22,835 nucleotides of DNA from Armatimonadota bacterium (lineage in GTDB: Bacteria > Armatimonadota > Hebobacteria > CAIYQO01), in contig JBBRXO010000041.1 of assembly GCA_038248345.1 (NCBI GenBank), positions 1-22,835 of the forward strand, read 5' to 3'. This document shows, piece by piece, positions 17,080-22,835 of this stretch (positions within the stretch are counted from its first letter, which is position 1; the number at the start of each line of letters is the position of its first letter). The position numbers were made by a program, and so were the translations under genes. A model generated the notes under the pieces. That model was given only the letters and a program-made list of their open reading frames with translations. It did no database searches and was not told the DNA's origin.

Positions 17080-17610
17080 ATGGTAGAACTTTTGTTATGT
17101 AAATACAATCCGAAATATAGAGATTCCCTTGGGCTGTATAAGAGGGATGATTGGATAAGTTTCTCGGATATTGGACGAAGAAAATATGCGGATGGGGTGC
17201 TTACACTTGAAGAATACCTTCGAGTGTAAGACGCATATGTACTAGCAGTAATTGACTTGATGCGCATCGCGGGGGTAACCCAGCTCACAGCATCCTCTGT
17301 TGAACAACACGATCCAGTGGAATTGAGTTTTCCGATTAATGACGGTAAGATACCATTAGAATCAATCTGCGAAGGAAGAGTATTTAGCCTCGAAGAAGTG
17401 CCAGCGGTTATCCGCATGGTGCTACGTGAACATATTTGGATGCGCTTGTCTGGTGACTCATCATTTTACGTCCATTTTGGATACGATTATAATATGTTTG
17501 CTGGGTTTGATGGCGATTACTTCTCTTTGAATAATTTTCAGACAGATATATTTTACGAAGAAGAATTTCTGTCACCATATTGGCCAGAAGAGGAAGAGGA
17601 ATTGCCTTAA
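17080..17610 (+). pseudogene. AT-rich hypothetical protein gene (177 codons) with an in-frame TAA at 17227-17229
   Basis: SD AAGAGGA, then ATG 17080: MVELLLCKYNPKYRDSLGLYKRDDWISFSDIG...LTLEEYLRV*DAYVLAVIDLMRI..., in the same frame as ORF 17257-17610. Confidence 0.75.
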
Positions 17611-17633
17611 CAGGATGATTGCCCATAAACGTT

Positions 17634-17802
17634 GCTGGGACTAAAGTCCCGGCTGCGTGGCGCTGCGCGCCGGTCGTCCGCCTTCTCGGACTTGCCTGAA
17701 TTGCATGATAGCGCGCTTTAGCGTGCTTGCAGTTGTTAGCCACCTTCTTTAGAGGCTCTGATTTGAAACCCCGTTCTCATGGGCGGGACGCCCATGCCAC
17801 GG
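17634..17802. repeat. REP-like mosaic cluster E
   Basis: Element L copy 3 (-) 17634-17755 with its last hairpin truncated, and R3(-) 17767-17802. Confidence 0.88.
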
Positions 17803-17859
17803 ACACGGAGAACGGCTTGTCACTTCAAACCTGCTCCTGATGTATTCGGCGGACATTAA

Positions 17860-19263
17860 CTACCCAAACATCTCCCGGGTCTGCTGGAACACCTCTGGGA
17901 TTTCTGAGGCGGCAATGGCGAGCAGGTCACGCCAGAGCGCTTTCGATTCGGCGGTATCCTGCTTCACTGGATAGCTGTATAGCGCCTCGAACAGGATATG
18001 CGGGTCGTGGGTGGCGATGGCGTCGCCTAATAAGGTCTGGTGCGTAGCCAGGCCACTTACCAACCCCTGGAAGACGTCGGGCACCTCGAAAGTTCCGGCG
18101 GCACGAATGCCATCACGACCGAGTATCTGTGAGTACTCGAGCACGGTACGATCCTTGAAGCCGCGCACGGCACCGCCATTGGGGCGGCTGGATGCGATGA
18201 TCATATCCTCGACTCCGCCGGCGGCTTTGGCAATTTTGACCATGATATCTTCATCGGTCCGCAGCAAGTACAGCGCCTCGGGGCGTTCGGTGTTCCAGCC
18301 TTCTTCGTTCAGCTCGATATTAAGCCAGGCATTGAATTGCCGATCAGCCTCGGCACGGCCTGCGCGGAACTCGCGCTCACTTTGATCCAGTTCTTCGGTA
18401 CTACGCGATTTGACGGATTCTCGCCCGACTAGATAGCGTCCCTGGATATCGAGGTGATCGAGGCCGTCCCCCTCCGATGAGAAGACCAGATAGCCGAACT
18501 TACGGTAGAATTGCACCAGCGTTTCAACGCTACTGGCGATGTTAGCCTTGGTACCGGCAGGCCAGCGGTCAGATAATATTGGCGCTTGCCAATCCGCCGT
18601 TATGCGTTCTGCCGCGATCTCATATAGATCGCGCCCGCGCCAGGTCGATCCGGGCAGGATGAAGCTCATGTGGTTGACCCCGGCGCACCGAATATCAAAG
18701 TCAGTCCCCTCTTCATCCCGGCCAAAGAGCAGACGCGGCAGATCCCACAGGTGGTTAGTATAGCCTGCGCAGACCCCCATGCACTTGATTTTTGTGTGAT
18801 TGTTAACCACGGCACTTAGCGCTGCCACCGGATTAGCGTAGTCCGCCAGTAACGCATGGGGACAGAGTTTTTCCATGCGCCGTGCCAGATCCAGCAAAAT
18901 CGGCCCGCCCTTAAGCGCCAGCATTGCCCCACTGGGGGAAAGCTGATCCGAGGCCATGAAACCATGCGGGGCACTGGCATCACAGAGCTGGGCGAAATTC
19001 CGATGGCTACCTGCCATGAGGACGACAAACACGACATCGGCGCCATCCAGTGCTTCATCCAGCGTCGTACCCCAGGTTATCCGGCATGCGGTTTCCTTGA
19101 ACTCAGGTGACTTAATCGCCAGCTGACCCACTGCCTCCGCCCGCTTTACGGCCAGATCATACAGGTTGATCTCCCCGTTCTCCATCAATCCTGGCACCGC
19201 CATGACCGAACGGGCAATACTCAAGTAGCGGTGCGAACCACCACCAACAAAAACCAGCTTCAT
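17860..19263 (-). CDS. Family 4 glycoside hydrolase (NAD+/metal-dependent), divergent
   Basis: N-terminal Rossmann motif MKLVFVGGGS, ALDGADVV, DYANP, GVCAG, GVNHMSF, and C-terminal PNGGAV...VLE. Start is ATG 19263 (AAGGT SD), not 19350. Confidence 0.82.
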   Translation of the reverse strand: MKLVFVGGGSHRYLSIARSVMAVPGLMENGEINLYDLAVKRAEAVGQLAIKSPEFKETACRITWGTTLDEALDGADVVFVVLMAGSHRNFAQLCDASAPHGFMASDQLSPSGAMLALKGGPILLDLARRMEKLCPHALLADYANPVAALSAVVNNHTKIKCMGVCAGYTNHLWDLPRLLFGRDEEGTDFDIRCAGVNHMSFILPGSTWRGRDLYEIAAERITADWQAPILSDRWPAGTKANIASSVETLVQFYRKFGYLVFSSEGDGLDHLDIQGRYLVGRESVKSRSTEELDQSEREFRAGRAEADRQFNAWLNIELNEEGWNTERPEALYLLRTDEDIMVKIAKAAGGVEDMIIASSRPNGGAVRGFKDRTVLEYSQILGRDGIRAAGTFEVPDVFQGLVSGLATHQTLLGDAIATHDPHILFEALYSYPVKQDTAESKALWRDLLAIAASEIPEVFQQTREMFG

Positions 19264-19282
19264 AATATTACCTTGCGACGTA

Positions 19283-22200
19283 TTATTTATTAGCCACCGG
19301 CGGAGTAGAAGAAAGGCGTAGCGTCCATAGCTTCTCCGGCGTGGCCGCAATGGTCAGCCCAGCGCGGAACGGTGAGTAGCCGACACAGTAGCCACGGAAT
19401 TTCACCTGATTCCACCCTTTGCGTAACGTGACCGTTTTGTTGATGGATTCTACCACTTTGTTTGGGCCAGTCAGCATCAGCTCATTCAGGTAGAAACGCA
19501 GGTAAGTTTGCGGATGTCCATGTATCTGGAACTCCACTTCCGTATCTGCCGGGGCATATACCCATGTTGCGCCGTACCACGTTTGCGCAGCGCCGCTTAA
19601 TACCACCCGGTTATCCAGATCAGCGATCGTCGCCTGATGCCAGCGCACTGCGCCCGGGTTATTCCAATACCCTTCGATCATTTTGCCTTTATAGACCGCG
19701 TTCACATCCACCGCGTCATCAGGCGGATATTTCTGGGCTTCGCAGAAAGCGCTTCCCGCTTGCTTATAGTCGATATTAGTTCCCGGCATCGGCCCCTGCA
19801 TATCATACATGAACTTCTCTGCCCCTTCCCCGCCGAATGGGCCAATGAGGAGCCAGTTGCGCACCAGTATCCCATCTGTCAGCGACTGCCATTGTGCCGG
19901 TGCCCAGGAACCGGGGTAAAGCCGTGCTTCCGTCGGCTCGTCATAGGTTTCACGGCTGGCTTTGCCGTCAGCATTCGACCACCAGACTTTGCTATGACCG
20001 TTGAAGGTCGCCTCAAAGTCTACCATTGTCCGCGAATCGCCGCTGAAAGTGGGCAGGCCAGGCATAGCAGAACGAGGCAATGCGACAGTAAGCACGTAGC
20101 CTTTGCCGTCTGCATCCATCACATATTGTAATTTTGCGCCTGCAACCGGCCCCACATGGGCGAAGGTAACCGCTCCTACAATAGTGCGGTAAGTGATCGG
20201 GTTAGCGTTGTTACCCTTCCATTCATTGTACATCCCCAACGCAACCGGTAAAGTCGTATCGCCATCCTTGAAGACCCCAAACACGAAGCGCACGTCGCCA
20301 GGGCGTCCATTAGCCGAATCAGGCGCTTTCGCATTTGTGTCCCCCTGAACATAGAAGCTCATGGTATCCGCCAGCCGATCATGTGTGAAGATACGCTCAA
20401 CGGGCTGCAACGCTTTGGGAGAGACTGGCGTGGCAGTACGCAGGTGCCAACGTAGGTAGAGATTCTCGGGGTCGTATAACGTGCGAACTTCCACAGTTTG
20501 GTCTTTGTCCGCCTGGAAGGTGATAGGAGCGGTTGATTCCCAACCAGACATGGAGCCGTCGAGCACCGCGCCACCCAGTGCGGGTGCAAAGCGTGCTATA
20601 TGTGCTGCCCCGGCGCCGCCGCGCATGGTTAACGCGATCTCCGGCGGGGTGGCTATCTGCGTGGCGGATAGTACCACCGTTGGCTGCAGATTAGTGAGTT
20701 TGTGTACTGGACTTTCCTTCAACGACCACCCTTTTGCTTCAAAGAGCATGGTGGTATATTTACCCATGGCAAAGTATATTTTGCCGTTGTCCTTATTTGC
20801 GTAGGTATAACCGGCGAAGAATTCGCCCGGCTGCGGGTATACACCTGCCACGGCAGGACTGAAACGTCGCCCATCGGGGAAAACGGAATCCACATAGAGT
20901 CCATCTTCATTATAAAGCAGCACCCCGCAGCGTGACTGGTCTACCACACTCAACAAGCCATTGATGGGCTTATTAATATGAATGGTGGCATAGATTTCAC
21001 CGGTAGCGGCTGTTCCTTGCAGAGCTTTACGTCCGGTGCGCCACTTGAGCGTATAGCCGCCTTTTCCATCGGGAACATAGCGCGAAATCTTCACCTGTCC
21101 GCCTTCATTGGCGCTAAAATTCGGGCCGCCACGCGCATTAACGTAGTACCCTTCCTGCGCTGCGCCGTCCACCATTGACCAATCGCTGCTGAATCTAGTA
21201 TCTAACTCATTACCACCGTGGGTGGCGTCAGCAGTGCCCGCTATGCGGGAGGTAAAGACTGAATCGGTAAGCAATTTCTCCCATTTGGTAAAGATCGGGT
21301 TACCATGTACATCGAATCCAGTGGGGGTCAGTTGCCAGACATCTGCCCCGGCCATATTCAACGACACCAGCGATAAATCATTCAACCACTGCGCGCCATG
21401 GTAGCCCAGCAGATAGCCCGGCATGGTAAGTGGGGTGTCACGGTACTCTACCTCCTGGACTTTACCGTCACCGTTAACATCATGCCAGCAATAGTACAGC
21501 CATTTGTTGTTTTCTTGTTTGCGGATAATTCCCGCGGAAAGTACCCAGCGAACACCTTCGCGGCGATAAATATTGTAACTACGTGCTCCGGCGATATACT
21601 GCCGTCCGCCCAGATTGATAAACTTCGGGTGATCGAGGTTTGGTAGCACAGGATCAGTGCCCACATCCGGCCAGACAGCGTTCACTGTCCAGGTGCCCTT
21701 TGCATAGTCCACTTTGAAGCGGGTGAGGTAGCCGCGCTGGCCAGTGACATAAACATTTTCGGGATGTTCGGGGTCAATTGCATAGCCGTCGTTGGCCTTA
21801 GTTTGCATAGTGGGGTACTCGCGGAGTAATTTGCCGTCCGCGCTCCATTCACTTGCCCGGTTGGGGCCGCCAGCCTCGATTACGATCAACCTGTCGGCAC
21901 CGTCCGCATCTGTCCAGGTGGCCAGTTTTGTAGGGATGATGAAGGAGAGGTTATCGTAAGAACCCGATTGCTGTTGCGCTAATTTCCCGAAAGTTACCAA
22001 TAACTTGCCGGTGCGATCATATTGATAAACCTTGTTAGATGTGGTGTCACTCACATAAATCCGACCATGGCTATCCACCTCCAGGTCAGCTGGGGTGACA
22101 GCTGCGGGGAGCGCGAAGAGCATCTTTAAGTTGCCTTTTGGCAATCCGGCTTCCAGCGCTACCTCGCTCACCGCAAAGCCATTATCAGTTGCGTGAAGTA

Positions 22201-22835
22201 CATCCAACGCTCCAAAACGAGCAACTATCCCGCAAGGATGAAGTACAGGTAGCTCCCCAAGCAGCTTGCCATCTTCCCCTGCGAGAATGGTGATTTTGTC
22301 GATAAATTCAGTCGAACTCGCTGCAAAACCCCCTTTGCTGGAGATAATTTTTCTACCCTCGGCGATATAGACATACGTCTTCTTTGCCGCCGTATCACGC
22401 AAGGCAGCCATGGATTCTACCCAACCTGTTGGTAGATACACATTGGGCCGTTGCGCCCGCCCGGTGCCGAATGCTCTGCCATCGGCACGGAAAACGTATT
22501 TGGCCCCGCCGTCGGTGCTGAAACTCCACACGGTGTCGCCATCGGTGCAGGCGCTACTGCCACCCGCCGCCCCTCCGGAGCCGAAGGCACGCAGGAACTG
22601 CTCATAGTTAACGGGCTTTTTCAGGTCAAACATTGGGTTATTCAGCCCATTTTCCAGATACGTATAATAGAAGACCGCGACGCCGTTCAGGCCTACATCT
22701 ATATCTCCCAGCGGTGATCCAACGGGGTCGCCGCCGAAGGGTTCTGGCTTGTTCCACTGTGCGGGAGTGGGCAACCAGGCCGAAACTCCGCTGTTGAAGA
22801 GCGGAGTTACGCTATGATATTCCCCGTCCACTTGC
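19283..22835 (-). CDS. Very large protein with NHL/beta-propeller repeats and C-terminal carbohydrate-binding-like beta domains (5' end outside the window)
   Basis: Open frame to the window edge (>1180 aa). PADLEVDSHGRIYVSDT..NKVYQYDRTGKLL is NHL-like, WHDVNGDGKVQ is a Dx[DN]xDG loop, LDGSMSGW...YDPENLYLRW is CBM9-like, and there are WLLIGPF and VTLRKGWN motifs. Confidence 0.75.
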   Translation of the reverse strand, partial: QVDGEYHSVTPLFNSGVSAWLPTPAQWNKPEPFGGDPVGSPLGDIDVGLNGVAVFYYTYLENGLNNPMFDLKKPVNYEQFLRAFGSGGAAGGSSACTDGDTVWSFSTDGGAKYVFRADGRAFGTGRAQRPNVYLPTGWVESMAALRDTAAKKTYVYIAEGRKIISSKGGFAASSTEFIDKITILAGEDGKLLGELPVLHPCGIVARFGALDVLHATDNGFAVSEVALEAGLPKGNLKMLFALPAAVTPADLEVDSHGRIYVSDTTSNKVYQYDRTGKLLVTFGKLAQQQSGSYDNLSFIIPTKLATWTDADGADRLIVIEAGGPNRASEWSADGKLLREYPTMQTKANDGYAIDPEHPENVYVTGQRGYLTRFKVDYAKGTWTVNAVWPDVGTDPVLPNLDHPKFINLGGRQYIAGARSYNIYRREGVRWVLSAGIIRKQENNKWLYYCWHDVNGDGKVQEVEYRDTPLTMPGYLLGYHGAQWLNDLSLVSLNMAGADVWQLTPTGFDVHGNPIFTKWEKLLTDSVFTSRIAGTADATHGGNELDTRFSSDWSMVDGAAQEGYYVNARGGPNFSANEGGQVKISRYVPDGKGGYTLKWRTGRKALQGTAATGEIYATIHINKPINGLLSVVDQSRCGVLLYNEDGLYVDSVFPDGRRFSPAVAGVYPQPGEFFAGYTYANKDNGKIYFAMGKYTTMLFEAKGWSLKESPVHKLTNLQPTVVLSATQIATPPEIALTMRGGAGAAHIARFAPALGGAVLDGSMSGWESTAPITFQADKDQTVEVRTLYDPENLYLRWHLRTATPVSPKALQPVERIFTHDRLADTMSFYVQGDTNAKAPDSANGRPGDVRFVFGVFKDGDTTLPVALGMYNEWKGNNANPITYRTIVGAVTFAHVGPVAGAKLQYVMDADGKGYVLTVALPRSAMPGLPTFSGDSRTMVDFEATFNGHSKVWWSNADGKASRETYDEPTEARLYPGSWAPAQWQSLTDGILVRNWLLIGPFGGEGAEKFMYDMQGPMPGTNIDYKQAGSAFCEAQKYPPDDAVDVNAVYKGKMIEGYWNNPGAVRWHQATIADLDNRVVLSGAAQTWYGATWVYAPADTEVEFQIHGHPQTYLRFYLNELMLTGPNKVVESINKTVTLRKGWNQVKFRGYCVGYSPFRAGLTIAATPEKLWTLRLSSTPPVANK

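Noticed and set aside
17227..17229. Stop-codon reassignment or readthrough
   Set aside because: TAA terminates several clear genes here (amylase, pdxS, hisI), and this is a single case.
17604..17741. Integron attC site after the AT-rich gene (CCTTAAC...GTTAGCC)
   Set aside because: The flanks of the putative R boxes are not complementary, GTTAGCC belongs to element L, and there is no integrase.
13363..17743. Paralogous small proteins from ORFs 13363-13656, 13198-13383, 15124-15492 and 17408-17743
   Set aside because: Their shared peptides are translations of element L, and their frames and ends are not conserved.
1..22835. Autonomous transposase, tRNA or rRNA genes
   Set aside because: No HUH/Y1, DDE or recombinase motifs in any ORF, and no tRNA- or rRNA-like sequence was recognised.

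Overview
GC-rich bacterial chromosomal window. The lineage cannot be determined from the sequence alone; gene content and promoter style are loosely compatible with Armatimonadota or PVC-type bacteria. Housekeeping genes: leuS (partial), pdxS, yggT, hisI and dapF. Other genes: a large GH13 alpha-amylase-family enzyme, a CPBP protease, a DNA methyltransferase fused to an Mrr-like domain, a PAS hybrid histidine kinase, a GGQ release-factor-like protein, a divergent GH4 glycosidase and a very large beta-propeller protein (partial). Two genes appear broken: a pentein/deiminase-like gene (frameshift, probably an internal deletion) and an AT-rich hypothetical gene (in-frame TAA). The most unusual signal is non-coding. 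Five intergenic regions (about 2280-2592, 13085-13502, 15165-15477, 16866-17031 and 17634-17802) are mosaics of several REP-like palindrome families plus a ~125-bp four-hairpin element present in three copies. These modules abut or nest inside one another. They also sit as inverted pairs around single accessory genes, like REP-bounded cassettes. No transposase is present in the window.
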